Counted from the first letter of the stretch, positions 21,436-31,391 are shown. The stretch: DNA of 64,000 nt from a virus (IMGVR_UViG_3300031555_004524:64001-128000), one strand, 5' to 3'. Notes: generated from the sequence alone by a model not told the origin. Numbers and translations: made by a program.

Positions 21436-22356
21436 TTATATTAATACTAATTCTCGTTCTGATTGTTCAAATAAATCCACCATCTGACAAATTCGTCCAT
21501 AATCAGACACTGCAATTGATTTAAGATTTATTCTTACAGGTGCAGCATTCTGTAAGTAGCATTTAGTTTGAGCATAATTCTTCAATACAGCATAAATCAC
21601 ATCTAATGGACTTTCGTTAAGAATATCCAATATAGCTAATGTAATTCTACCATAAATCTCTTCCTGATTAATAGTCATACTATCTGCTTCCCATACATCA
21701 AACATTATGCCTTCAAACATTGGTGAAAGATGATCAAAGAATTTCTCATAAATATATACAATATTTTGCTCAGTCATCATATCAATATCTGAATTCATAA
21801 TTGTACAATTTACTCGTTTCATTGCAACTTTTTGGTCTTTTGTCGAATAACGAGAAATAATTAAATCAATAATCAACTTATTCGAGAAACCATATCCATA
21901 TAATCTTGGAATGGAGTCCCTATTAATTGTTCTCGCTAATCCATATAAAAGATTCATAATATTTGGATCTTTCTTATAGATCATAAAATCATAAATCAGT
22001 CGGTTACAATTGATTTTTTGATCTAATGTAAAGGAATCAGTTTTTGCCGATAATACTCTAGTGAATATTTCAACAAATCTTTCATTTGTAAATAAATTTG
22101 CAATTAATACACTATTGGTATCTATAAAAGATTTGTCTAGAATATGAGTATAAGCTTCCTGTAATAATTGAAACAATAAATTGTCATCAATGTTATTAAT
22201 ATTGGACAATCTTGGTACTAGTATGCTAGGATTCATCTCAATACTATCAAGCATATTTATATCAATAAATTGCTTTGGTTGTAATGGGTGGCGTTCAGCC
22301 ATTTCATTTAGCATTCCTCCGAAAAACATTTTTCTTTTCTCCTCTCGCTCCATCAT
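21436..22356 (-). CDS. Hypothetical protein coupled to the tubulin gene
   Basis: TAATG stop/start overlap with the tubulin ORF. Confidence 0.6.
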   Translation of the reverse strand: MMEREEKRKMFFGGMLNEMAERHPLQPKQFIDINMLDSIEMNPSILVPRLSNINNIDDNLLFQLLQEAYTHILDKSFIDTNSVLIANLFTNERFVEIFTRVLSAKTDSFTLDQKINCNRLIYDFMIYKKDPNIMNLLYGLARTINRDSIPRLYGYGFSNKLIIDLIISRYSTKDQKVAMKRVNCTIMNSDIDMMTEQNIVYIYEKFFDHLSPMFEGIMFDVWEADSMTINQEEIYGRITLAILDILNESPLDVIYAVLKNYAQTKCYLQNAAPVRINLKSIAVSDYGRICQMVDLFEQSERELVLI

Positions 22357-23519
22357 TAATATGGAGATGTAATATTTACCTCATTGTTTTCATCATTGTC
22401 TGATTCTAACTTTGCAAAGAATGCAGACTTATCCATTCTTTTCTTTTTTGGCTTTGGAGTTGACACATCAAACATTGTATCGTTTTTATCCATATCAAAT
22501 TTCTTTGAAAAGAATGAATCTTTCTTCTTATCTACTTTTGTAGTATATTTTAAATACTTATCATAAATAGCTTCTATTTCTTTTACAGGTATTTTTGATC
22601 CAGCCGAAATAAATGCAATAAAATTAGGCATATCTTCTTCATGCTGAATATGTTCAAATTTTTCAAAACATGTGCCCAATTTATCAATTAAAATATCCTG
22701 ATAATCTATAATACCTGTCAAATCTTCATCAATATTGATCATAACTGCTAATCGTATTTGACTTTTATCATTGAGATCCAGTGTTGTAGTCTCATCAATC
22801 ATAGCTGTTACCATCTGTCTAAAACCTTCTCTATTTTTTATCTTAGAGAATTCTTTCACTTCAATGATCATATACCCTGGTGTTGTAGAAACTTTAAACA
22901 AATCTGTTTCGTCAATATTATGATCAGATGCCACCAATGGGTTTCCGTATAAGATACTTATCTTTTTACAGAAATCAATATTAGCTGCACGTTCGGCTTT
23001 TAATCTATTACCGTCAAATTTATCCATATATTTTGAATTCTGAATACATTCAACAGTAAAAGATTCTTTCATTTCCTGGAAATACTGTACAGTATTCATT
23101 AATCCTCTACCATCTTCTTCAAATCCAGTAAATGCGAAACAATGTACATTAATATCATATGACTCTTTAATATAATGAGCAAGAAGTGGTACTGCTCCTG
23201 AGCCTGTTCCTCCTTCAGTTGATGATACTAATACCACTAATTCAGCTTCATTATCTGTATCAATTCCTAAGAAATCTTCTAAATCTAAATGTCCGCCCAT
23301 AATATTTTCTTCTACAAGCTTTTTAGATAGAGATCTTTCTTTTCCACATCCACCATATGCATTGTTAAAACATATTACATTACCTTTATAATCTGCAGGT
23401 ATGTCTTTTCTTGTAGAGTTTACAAGTAATACGTTTTCAATAGATTCAATTTTGTCCTCTACTGCACTGATTGCTGCTTTGTTTCCAGCAGCTCCTACTC
23501 CAATAATTCTCGTTCTCAT
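22356..23519 (-). CDS. Tubulin/FtsZ-family GTPase (PhuZ/TubZ-like)
   Basis: IIGVGAAGNKA, GGCGKE, signature GGTGSG, T7-like NIDETD. Confidence 0.88.
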   Translation of the reverse strand: MRTRIIGVGAAGNKAAISAVEDKIESIENVLLVNSTRKDIPADYKGNVICFNNAYGGCGKERSLSKKLVEENIMGGHLDLEDFLGIDTDNEAELVVLVSSTEGGTGSGAVPLLAHYIKESYDINVHCFAFTGFEEDGRGLMNTVQYFQEMKESFTVECIQNSKYMDKFDGNRLKAERAANIDFCKKISILYGNPLVASDHNIDETDLFKVSTTPGYMIIEVKEFSKIKNREGFRQMVTAMIDETTTLDLNDKSQIRLAVMINIDEDLTGIIDYQDILIDKLGTCFEKFEHIQHEEDMPNFIAFISAGSKIPVKEIEAIYDKYLKYTTKVDKKKDSFFSKKFDMDKNDTMFDVSTPKPKKKRMDKSAFFAKLESDNDENNEVNITSPY

Positions 23520-23546
23520 TATTATTTCTCCTCCTTAAATATATAC

Positions 23547-23864
23547 TTATACCGAATGTACTGGTATTATTTCTATTTTAATTGAATAGAATGCATTTAA
23601 AAAATTTCTAATTGTATCATAACCTCGAATCCTCCAAGGATCAGATTCTTCATCTGGATTTACAAATAATGTATTTGTAGGTTCATATATTGTTTTATTT
23701 TTAATACAAAAATTCATCATAGCTGTTGGCCCAAAATGTATTGTATTTTTAAATTCTTGAGAAATATCACATATTCTCTCATAGCTAGTTGAAGCTGCTA
23801 TTATAATAGCATCATTACTATTCTCATCATAGCTATTCAACTTAACTTTTAATACATGAATCAT
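23547..23864 (-). CDS. Hypothetical protein, paralogue family
   Basis: IHVLKV...IIAASTS...IEIIPVHSV. Confidence 0.5.
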   Translation of the reverse strand: MIHVLKVKLNSYDENSNDAIIIAASTSYERICDISQEFKNTIHFGPTAMMNFCIKNKTIYEPTNTLFVNPDEESDPWRIRGYDTIRNFLNAFYSIKIEIIPVHSV

Positions 23865-24168
23865 CTATTTTTCCTCCACTATTTCTAAAATTTAATGTTT
23901 TTATAAATGGAGTTAAATGTCCGCATAAATATGCATCATAATCTTTTATATCTATCCAATGAGTGCAATAACCACACATAGCTTCAATATCCACTGCTTG
24001 CGGTTCATACTTATCAAAAAACATTTGTAAATCATTGAAACTTTTTACCAAAGCAATATTGAATTCTTCCAATATTTGATTTAATTCATTTATATTATCT
24101 GATACTTTGGCTATATAATTAAATTCGCAATGTTCTATTGTAGAATCTTGTATAAATAATACATGCAT
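23842..24168 (-). CDS. Hypothetical protein, paralogue family
   Basis: MHVLFI...IAKVSDN. Confidence 0.5.
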   Translation of the reverse strand: MHVLFIQDSTIEHCEFNYIAKVSDNINELNQILEEFNIALVKSFNDLQMFFDKYEPQAVDIEAMCGYCTHWIDIKDYDAYLCGHLTPFIKTLNFRNSGGKIDDSCIKS

Positions 24169-24178
24169 ATAACCCTCC

Positions 24179-24388
24179 TTAATTATTTGATAGCGATATT
24201 AAATTAAGAATATCTTTAATAGGAATTCCAGTAACTTCACTTATTATTCCACATATAGATATTAATAATAGAATTATAGATAATATTATAATAAATTTAG
24301 CTTTTATATCATGTATAAAATCATATTTGATAAGGTAATACACAGATACTATCACATATGATAATGATATAATATAAACAGTTAACAT
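24179..24388 (-). CDS. Small membrane protein (2 TM)
   Basis: Two hydrophobic stretches. Confidence 0.5.
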   Translation of the reverse strand: MLTVYIISLSYVIVSVYYLIKYDFIHDIKAKFIIILSIILLLISICGIISEVTGIPIKDILNLISLSNN

Positions 24389-24390
24389 GT

Positions 24391-24699
24391 TTATACCCCC
24401 AATACTCCAATCATATGAACATCTGCACTCATGATGTATATTGATTGATAAGTATTATTTATTGATTGTTTAGCATATTTGGTAGGATCAAAAGGTGAAC
24501 GATTTCCTAACAAAATAGCATTATTATCTTTTAAGAATTTTATAATAGACTCATATCCTTCCATCGCTACTTTTATATAATCTTCTTGTAAATATTCTAA
24601 TATAGTTTTATTTTGCGATGTTGCTAATAATACAATATCATAAGTTTTATAATCTTCTTTAAAAATGTTTATAAGTAACAGATGAATTCTTTTATTCAT
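24391..24699 (-). CDS. Hypothetical protein, paralogue family
   Basis: IHLLLI...LLATSQN. Confidence 0.5.
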   Translation of the reverse strand: MNKRIHLLLINIFKEDYKTYDIVLLATSQNKTILEYLQEDYIKVAMEGYESIIKFLKDNNAILLGNRSPFDPTKYAKQSINNTYQSIYIMSADVHMIGVLGV

Positions 24700-24761
24700 T
24701 TTATAGTACTCCTTATTTAAGATATGACTAGATACTCAATTAAGAGTATCTAGTTATGTAC

Positions 24762-24905
24762 TTATATTCTTCTTGGAGATTCTTTAAATCTATCATCTTC
24801 TTCATTAGAAGTTCTGTCTTCTTGTTCATTAAATGGAGTTAAGCCTAAACCTAAATCTCCCTGTTCTGAAATTACATAATTTCCATTTCCGTTCGTTGTT
24901 GGCAT
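24762..24905 (-). CDS. 47-aa stand-alone small protein (not in ORF track)
   Basis: RBS AAGGAGG 9 nt before ATG; MPTTNGNGNYVISEQGDLGLGLTPFNEQEDRTSNEEDDRFKESPRRI; TATATTAT motif upstream and a hairpin (24727-24754) downstream. Confidence 0.5.
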   Translation of the reverse strand: MPTTNGNGNYVISEQGDLGLGLTPFNEQEDRTSNEEDDRFKESPRRI

Positions 24906-24980
24906 TTTTCATACCCTCCTTATCTTATATTTTTAAACTCTTCTCATATTAATAATATACAAGTATTAAAAGAATTAGAA

Positions 24981-25721
24981 TTAAGATCGTTCCACTCCAG
25001 CACGCCTTCTATCTTTTATTGTATACATTGTATAATCACCTTGATTTATGAGATTACTATTCAAATGAGATCCAATAAGATACACATTAAACATATTTCT
25101 TGCTAATGAATCATCAACTGAATCTGGCAGATCCTCTAATCTCACAATTCCAGTAGTACCAATTGTATTATACATAGCATTCATTGCAGCCATTGAATCA
25201 GCTTTAGGTCCACTAAATTCTTTCATGGTATTAGTTAAATCTGATATTGCTAATGATTCAAATTCTCTATCAGAAGTTCCAGCACCTTTATCTCCGCCCA
25301 ATAAACGTCCAGTTTTCATATCTCTATTAGATATTTCTGGAGCCCATTTATTTTTCTTTGTAACAAACTGCTGAACTTTCTTTAATGGTAAATATACTAC
25401 CATAGCTTCTTCCTGGCCAGATACTGGAACTCCATCTTTATTTTTATAGAAGTATGGAAATGTAATGGTTTCCATTAATGGAACTCCTAAATAATCCAAT
25501 GCTTCTATACAATCAGACATCGATGGTTCAGTAATTGACGGTTTATCATGAAATCTAAATGGTAATTGTTTTTTCATAAGATTGTAGAATTGAGTATCAC
25601 TCATATTGGCAAATAGCTGTCTATAATAATCTGAATTTGTTCCCGATTTATCAATTTTATCCATAGACTCTAATACCATTGTTTCTACTTTTTTTCTCTG
25701 TTCTTTGGTCATTTTAGGCAT
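24981..25721 (-). CDS. Probable C-terminal fragment subunit of a second (virion) RNA polymerase beta
   Basis: YLPLKKVQQFVTKKN...RDMKTGRLLGGDKG..SDREFESL..TMKEF..KAD parallels the RpoB C-terminal YxxKLxH..DK...TQQP.GG...GEME...LxE...KSD; recognised from recall only. Confidence 0.6.
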   Translation of the reverse strand: MPKMTKEQRKKVETMVLESMDKIDKSGTNSDYYRQLFANMSDTQFYNLMKKQLPFRFHDKPSITEPSMSDCIEALDYLGVPLMETITFPYFYKNKDGVPVSGQEEAMVVYLPLKKVQQFVTKKNKWAPEISNRDMKTGRLLGGDKGAGTSDREFESLAISDLTNTMKEFSGPKADSMAAMNAMYNTIGTTGIVRLEDLPDSVDDSLARNMFNVYLIGSHLNSNLINQGDYTMYTIKDRRRAGVERS

Positions 25722-25736
25722 TTATAAATACCTCCA

Positions 25737-26090
25737 TTATTCAAGTCTAGATCCACCTATATTAGCATGACCAATTCTAGCACTATTTGGTTTTCGTACT
25801 ACAATTTTATCAAAATCTAATATATCCTCTGTAGGAATCTTAATAATTGTAGATTCGTATTTATCGGCAAAATCCATAGTTAAAACTGCACTAATATTTT
25901 CACTTCCAGGATAATAAATATTTGCAATTTTTACCACTTTTCCAGTTCCTTTAAGTTTTTTAAATTCTCGTCTATATTCAATAGAAAGAATATCTCCTTC
26001 TCTAACAGTATCAATTTTTTCAGAACCGTCATCAAAATATAAATGCATAGCCAATGCGTGCACTGGCTTTATTTCATTTTTTAATAGCAT
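25737..26090 (-). CDS. Hypothetical beta-rich protein
   Basis: RBS AGGAGG; AACA-N6-TA motif upstream. Confidence 0.55.
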   Translation of the reverse strand: MLLKNEIKPVHALAMHLYFDDGSEKIDTVREGDILSIEYRREFKKLKGTGKVVKIANIYYPGSENISAVLTMDFADKYESTIIKIPTEDILDFDKIVVRKPNSARIGHANIGGSRLE

Positions 26091-26126
26091 ATGTATAAAA
26101 CCTCCTTTTAAATGAATGTTTCAAAT

Positions 26127-26693
26127 TTATACAGTATGCTCTAATCTGCGAAGATGGTCTGTATGTCCCATACCACCTCTGCGTTTAACTTTACAGTTAT
26201 CTCCAACAACTATACCATATTGAAGGAATATACCTTGAACAATTTTGCTATTATGAGGGATTAAACAACTTTTATTCTGATTGTTTTCATTTGTTATTTT
26301 TAAGTAAATATGACCTTCATTTTCTGCGTTAAAATAATCACCATCTATAACAGCAATAGTATCATCCAGACGAACTTTATAATCAAAACTTAATCCACTT
26401 TTTGGATATATACCCAAAAACCATTCACTGATAACTTGTGCTCTAATTCCAGTTGGAATAACTACAGATTCTCCTGGTAATAGTATCATATCATTGAATG
26501 GGAAATAGAAATCATATCCAGCAGATTCTTCTGTAGATCTATCTGGCAATTTAATATTGTCATATATTTTTGTTTTTACATGTGATTCATCTAATAATAA
26601 ATAATCTTTCAAAGGTCCTTTATCACAAAAACGATGAATTCCTTCCATAAATTGTTCAAAACTAACTTTATGAAATTGTCCTACATTTTTCAT
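26127..26693 (-). CDS. dut: Trimeric dUTPase
   Basis: Motifs SAGYDF, PKSGL, VIDGDY..NEGHI, VQGIF, RRGGMGHT. Confidence 0.88.
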   Translation of the reverse strand: MKNVGQFHKVSFEQFMEGIHRFCDKGPLKDYLLLDESHVKTKIYDNIKLPDRSTEESAGYDFYFPFNDMILLPGESVVIPTGIRAQVISEWFLGIYPKSGLSFDYKVRLDDTIAVIDGDYFNAENEGHIYLKITNENNQNKSCLIPHNSKIVQGIFLQYGIVVGDNCKVKRRGGMGHTDHLRRLEHTV

Positions 26694-26710
26694 GTTTTAT
26701 ATCTCTCTTT

Positions 26711-26938
26711 CTAGTTTAATAATATAAATAATAAAAAAATAAATAATGCTATACATAATATCGATACCGATATAATATAGTTACAAGCTTTTTTCTCCAT
26801 TTCTTTATCAAATTCTGTAATTCCAGTAGTATCAATAAAATATAATTTATATATATATATATTTATAATACAATATATCAATGAAAAGATTACAAATAAT
26901 ATAATTATAGATGCACTTATTTTTAATAATCCGTACAT
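26711..26938 (-). CDS. Small membrane protein (2 TM)
   Basis: Two hydrophobic segments, RBS AGGAG. Confidence 0.5.
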   Translation of the reverse strand: MYGLLKISASIIILFVIFSLIYCIINIYIYKLYFIDTTGITEFDKEMEKKACNYIISVSILCIALFIFLLFILLN

Positions 26939-27040
26939 TATATGAATATTCTCCTTATATATTAATATATAGTTTCAATATAAATAAAAAATAAAAGGGA
27001 GTATGAAATATATATATACTCCCTCTTTAATTTAATGCTA

Positions 27041-27844
27041 TTATACTTCCATACCATACTCTAATAAAAGCTTATTGCAGACACATGATAAGAATTCAGC
27101 ATTAGTAGGTTTATCTCTATTCCACGAATAACTATTTCCAAAATACTTATTAATATTCTCTGCAGAGTGATTCGAATTATAGGCTCTTTCTATAGCGTGC
27201 CTGATATTTCTTTCCACTCTAGGTGATGTAGTTTTATTTTTTTCTGCCACATATGGATATATATCTTTTGTAATATGTATACCTGACAAGTAACCACCAC
27301 AATATTTCATAATATATATAACTGCGTCGGTAATAAATTTTCTGCCTAAGATATTATAAGGTATTCCAATATCAGATAGCATCTTATCAAGTGAAACTGT
27401 GATGTCAATATTCTTATTATTCTTAGAATCTGCAGGTGTAGAAGTTATAGCATTTATAATTGCAACTTTGCTAAGCATTAATATGGTCGATATTAATGAA
27501 TCTGTATGTATTGGATATTTCATATAATGATTGCACCCTGCAGTCAATACATTATTAATCATATTATTATTTATTATATCACCAGTTGCAATTATAATTG
27601 GATTATATTTATATATCTTTCCTATGTAATCGATCATATGTAATATATCAAAACCTGATCTAAAAATGTCAGCTACAATTACTTTAGGTTTGTTATATGA
27701 AATAAATGTTAAAAGTTGTTTTTGACTCATTTCGTTAGCATTCATAAATTCGAAACAATATTCAGAATTAGATATGTTTGATGTATTAATATCTGTGCCA
27801 TAAGAGAAAAGTAATACTGTAAATTTTGGTTTGTTCTTATTCAT
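27041..27844 (-). CDS. spo0A: Spo0A homologue (degenerate receiver plus Spo0A DNA-binding domain)
   Basis: C-terminal GIPYNILG..ITKDIYPYVAEKNKTTSPRVERNIRHAIE..KPTNAEF matches the Spo0A effector domain. Confidence 0.85.
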   Translation of the reverse strand: MNKNKPKFTVLLFSYGTDINTSNISNSEYCFEFMNANEMSQKQLLTFISYNKPKVIVADIFRSGFDILHMIDYIGKIYKYNPIIIATGDIINNNMINNVLTAGCNHYMKYPIHTDSLISTILMLSKVAIINAITSTPADSKNNKNIDITVSLDKMLSDIGIPYNILGRKFITDAVIYIMKYCGGYLSGIHITKDIYPYVAEKNKTTSPRVERNIRHAIERAYNSNHSAENINKYFGNSYSWNRDKPTNAEFLSCVCNKLLLEYGMEV

Positions 27845-27999
27845 AAGATTTTATCCTCCTGTGTAAATAAAATTATACTGTTTTATTTGATTCACCATAA
27901 TAATATATAATACAAAAGAATAATATTACCTTTTATCCAATCATTTTATAAAAGTTTCCCATAGGATATTTCATCCTATGGGAAATATATTTTTATTTT

Positions 28000-29112
28000 T
28001 TAGAATCCACGCATTTTCTTAAGAAGTTTTGTGTTCTGTGAGGCTGTTCCTCTATATCCACTGATACCATATTTAGCTGCTAATTTAGCTCTATTATCGT
28101 ATCCTGAATCCTGACCGATGCTTTCTAAATAATCTACGATAGATGACCCTTTATATGTGATTTTCTTATCAGAAGAAGTACTTGTGCTTGTTGTTTTAGA
28201 ACTTCTCATAAGATTTAATAATTTAAGGTTCTGTGTAGATGTACCTTTATAATTCTTGATACCATACTGAGAAGCTAATGCTGCTCTATTGTAGTATGAA
28301 GAGTTTACGCCAATACTATCTAAATATTCTACAAGAGAGTTTCCTTTATATGTAGATGTAGAAGCAGCAGTGCTTGCAGGTTTAGTAGTAGTTGCAGGCT
28401 TAACAGTTGTTGTTTTTGAAGTTGCAGCTTCTTTAAGTTTCTTAAGAAGTTGTGCATTTTGCGCAGCTGTACCTTTATAGTTAGCAATTCCATACTGTTT
28501 AGCAAGTTTAGCTCTATTAGAATATGAACTATCCATGCCTTTATTATTCATATAGTCAACAACAGATCCACCATTGTATGAACCAGATGAAGTAGCAGGT
28601 GCAGGCGATGTAACTTTATCAGCCGCAAGTGGAAGATTCATATTTTCCCTAACCATGTTTCTAAATCTTTCCCATCCGAGATCAATTGTACGATGAGGGC
28701 AATCTTTTCCACTCCATGATTTATGAGTTACAAGTTTATCAATACCTAAACCATACTGTTTAAGTTTAGCAGCTGCAAGGATAGCAGCATTCTTTTCAGC
28801 TTTTGTAAATTTAGATCCACCACTTCTACTATAACAAATTTCAATAGATAAACTATTTCTGTTACCAGTTTTCTGTCCTGCATGGTATGCATTACGGTAA
28901 TCAGGAATGCCCTGATATGCACCCAAATCATCTACAGCATAATGGAATGATGTCTTATTATTATTCGAAATCATGTACTGCACTTCGTTACGAGCGCTAG
29001 CATTATTTGCTGTATTATGAATTGTTACTGATGTTGGATTTAACCCATACGGACATTTAATTTTAAATTTTGAAGATGGACAAATAAGCTGTGTAATTTT
29101 AATTGATGCCAT
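28000..29112 (-). CDS. N-acetylmuramoyl-L-alanine amidase (endolysin) with three cell-wall-binding repeats
   Basis: TIHNTAN, SFHYAVDD, AYHAG, SIEIC, HKSWSGKDCP; three repeats of SxVDY..S.G.DSSY.NRA.LA..YGI..Y.GTA.QN..LL. Confidence 0.9.
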   Translation of the reverse strand: MASIKITQLICPSSKFKIKCPYGLNPTSVTIHNTANNASARNEVQYMISNNNKTSFHYAVDDLGAYQGIPDYRNAYHAGQKTGNRNSLSIEICYSRSGGSKFTKAEKNAAILAAAKLKQYGLGIDKLVTHKSWSGKDCPHRTIDLGWERFRNMVRENMNLPLAADKVTSPAPATSSGSYNGGSVVDYMNNKGMDSSYSNRAKLAKQYGIANYKGTAAQNAQLLKKLKEAATSKTTTVKPATTTKPASTAASTSTYKGNSLVEYLDSIGVNSSYYNRAALASQYGIKNYKGTSTQNLKLLNLMRSSKTTSTSTSSDKKITYKGSSIVDYLESIGQDSGYDNRAKLAAKYGISGYRGTASQNTKLLKKMRGF

Positions 29113-29294
29113 TATTCATCATCCTCCTCTTCTTCATCATCGATATCGTCTTCTTCTTCACCATCATCATCTGAACCAATACCTTCTCCTTCATCATCTT
29201 CAAATTCAATGCCTTCTAATTCAGTTTTAGCTATTTCTTCATCAAAATCCTCAGCTTCAACTTCAAATTCAAGCATTTCCATAACTTCTGCCAT
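29112..29294 (-). CDS. Extremely acidic 60-aa protein
   Basis: RBS AGGAGG; 35 of 60 residues D/E; stop overlaps the amidase start (TAATG). Confidence 0.65.
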   Translation of the reverse strand: MAEVMEMLEFEVEAEDFDEEIAKTELEGIEFEDDEGEGIGSDDDGEEEDDIDDEEEEDDE

Positions 29295-29318
29295 GATAAT
29301 AAATCCTCCTTTTATAAA

Positions 29319-29576
29319 TTATTTAATAACGTTTAAATCTATTCCTTCAATAACTGCTCTTTCTTCAAGATACGATGCGTATAATTTCATTGATTTAAGT
29401 TGCCCATGAAGTAAATCATAGCTGCATGATGGAGTGAAATTTAAAGTTCCATTTTTATATTTTTTTAGCATTTCACTTAATCCATCTATTCTAATTTTTA
29501 ATTGCTGGTATTCGGCTATAAATCTCTCTTTATAGTCTTCACTGTTCATCATTTTTACTGTGTCATTCAGCTTCAT
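29319..29576 (-). CDS. Conserved phage coiled-coil protein (crAss001_48-like)
   Basis: DYKERFIAEYQQLKIR...QLKSMKLYASYLEERA pattern; family recognised from recall. Confidence 0.6.
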   Translation of the reverse strand: MKLNDTVKMMNSEDYKERFIAEYQQLKIRIDGLSEMLKKYKNGTLNFTPSCSYDLLHGQLKSMKLYASYLEERAVIEGIDLNVIK

Positions 29577-29687
29577 AAATACTTCCTCCCTCTTTATGGA
29601 ATTATATTAAATTTACTAGTCTGTTCTACATATATAGTATAAATTGGTAATTTTCAACATTCGGTTAATATAGATAATATTTGCGAG

Positions 29688-30872
29688 GTGTATAAAATGG
29701 CTAAAGTAACCAGTGCTATAGTTAAAAATATATATCCAATTATATCTTCAGCTATGCAAAAAAATACTACTAAATATAAAAAGAATTTACAGCAATTTAT
29801 AGAAGCTAGATCTAAAGAATTATATGAGATAGCTCCTTATACTAGAATATATTTTAATCAAGATGACAATGATAACTTTTTTAAATCTATAGGAATAAAA
29901 GAAGAAGAAATACGAAGAGAATTAACAAAAACATATTTCTGGAATATGAACTTTAATCCTAAAGCTGCTAAAGATCCATTTACAGTAGCCCTTATGATGA
30001 TTATAAGGTATTTTCTTATTAAGGGGGATAGAAAAAATGCTGAAATATCTGCTATATATTTGGCATTCTCTGGAAAGTTTTATCCATCTATTCATTACAG
30101 TAAATTTCCTACAGTACAACCTATTGAATATAAGCATGTAATGGATTATGTAGTAAATACTATGATGAGTCAGAAATTTGATTTAAAACGAGAAGGTAGC
30201 GTATTCGGAGCTATTAGAAGTCTATGTATAACATGGCTAAATACTTATGATGATTTATTTAAATCTGATATGGATGATGAAGATGTAGCAGATCTAATTC
30301 AACAGTTGCATGGTCGAATTAAATCATTTATGGGAAATGTAGCAGAATTATACTACAAAGCATATGAAGAAGGAAATTATATTTCATATGATTCTGATAA
30401 CGAAGATGAAGATAATTATAGAATTGCAGATACAGATTCTTTAAGAGCAGAACGTTATGTCGAACGAGCTATGGAAGAAATCAATAATAATAATATTGAT
30501 ATGAAGTTATGTAGAATGGCTAGCGATAGTAACGTTAAAATTACTGAAGTGCAATCTATAATTGAATCTATTCAATCTGATCCTAGTAATATCCCTATTA
30601 TAAAAGAATTATTGAGAATTATTGTATCTGAATATTTGGCTGATAGTAAACAAAAAGATATTGCTTCAATAGAATTTGTAAATAAATCTATTGGAAATAA
30701 ACCAAATACAAAAAATAAAAATATTCTTAGACAAAAAGAAATTATTGAAACTTGGTTAGATGAAAACTCTCCTCAATATAGAAAGAGAAAGAGTAGAGCA
30801 GCTACTAAATCATCTTATTATAAATCAGTATTAACTTACTATGTATTATTATTAAATAAAGTAAATAGATAA
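29688..30872 (+). CDS. Hypothetical late protein
   Basis: 394-aa ORF behind an AACA-N6-TA motif. Confidence 0.65.
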   Translation: MYKMAKVTSAIVKNIYPIISSAMQKNTTKYKKNLQQFIEARSKELYEIAPYTRIYFNQDDNDNFFKSIGIKEEEIRRELTKTYFWNMNFNPKAAKDPFTVALMMIIRYFLIKGDRKNAEISAIYLAFSGKFYPSIHYSKFPTVQPIEYKHVMDYVVNTMMSQKFDLKREGSVFGAIRSLCITWLNTYDDLFKSDMDDEDVADLIQQLHGRIKSFMGNVAELYYKAYEEGNYISYDSDNEDEDNYRIADTDSLRAERYVERAMEEINNNNIDMKLCRMASDSNVKITEVQSIIESIQSDPSNIPIIKELLRIIVSEYLADSKQKDIASIEFVNKSIGNKPNTKNKNILRQKEIIETWLDENSPQYRKRKSRAATKSSYYKSVLTYYVLLLNKVNR

Positions 30873-30914
30873 AAAAAATAAAGAGAGTAGGAATTCCTAC
30901 TCTCTTATAAATTT

Positions 30915-31391
30915 TTATTGTGAATTAGTATTAATAATTTTCTCTCCAAAATCAGATATATCATCATATCCTTGAAAAATTTCCCATATGTCGAAATTAC
31001 CACTATCTTCTTTTTTCACAAACACTATTCCATACATGTCAATATCTTTCACGCAGTAATTTTCTTTTATATAGTCGATATCGACTCCTGTTTCCATCTT
31101 GGAATAATATATAGTGAAATCTGTTCTATATTTCCATGCGTGTATTAATATTGCGAATAATGAACATAATGCGCACGGTAGTTGCAGAAGAATAGCTAAT
31201 AGTATAGCCTCATCAATAGGCTTAACGAAAAAATTTCTAATAACTAAGCATTCTATTATAGTAATCAATGTTATAGATATAACACCTAAGAATAAGTATA
31301 AATTGTTTGCAGTGCATACTTCTTTTGTATATATTTTTCTATTGTACATATTTTTGATATTTGCCCTTTCTGTTTCTATCTTATAAACCAA
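30915..31391 (-). CDS. Membrane protein (2 TM)
   Basis: Two hydrophobic helices. Confidence 0.5.
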   Translation of the reverse strand: MVYKIETERANIKNMYNRKIYTKEVCTANNLYLFLGVISITLITIIECLVIRNFFVKPIDEAILLAILLQLPCALCSLFAILIHAWKYRTDFTIYYSKMETGVDIDYIKENYCVKDIDMYGIVFVKKEDSGNFDIWEIFQGYDDISDFGEKIINTNSQ

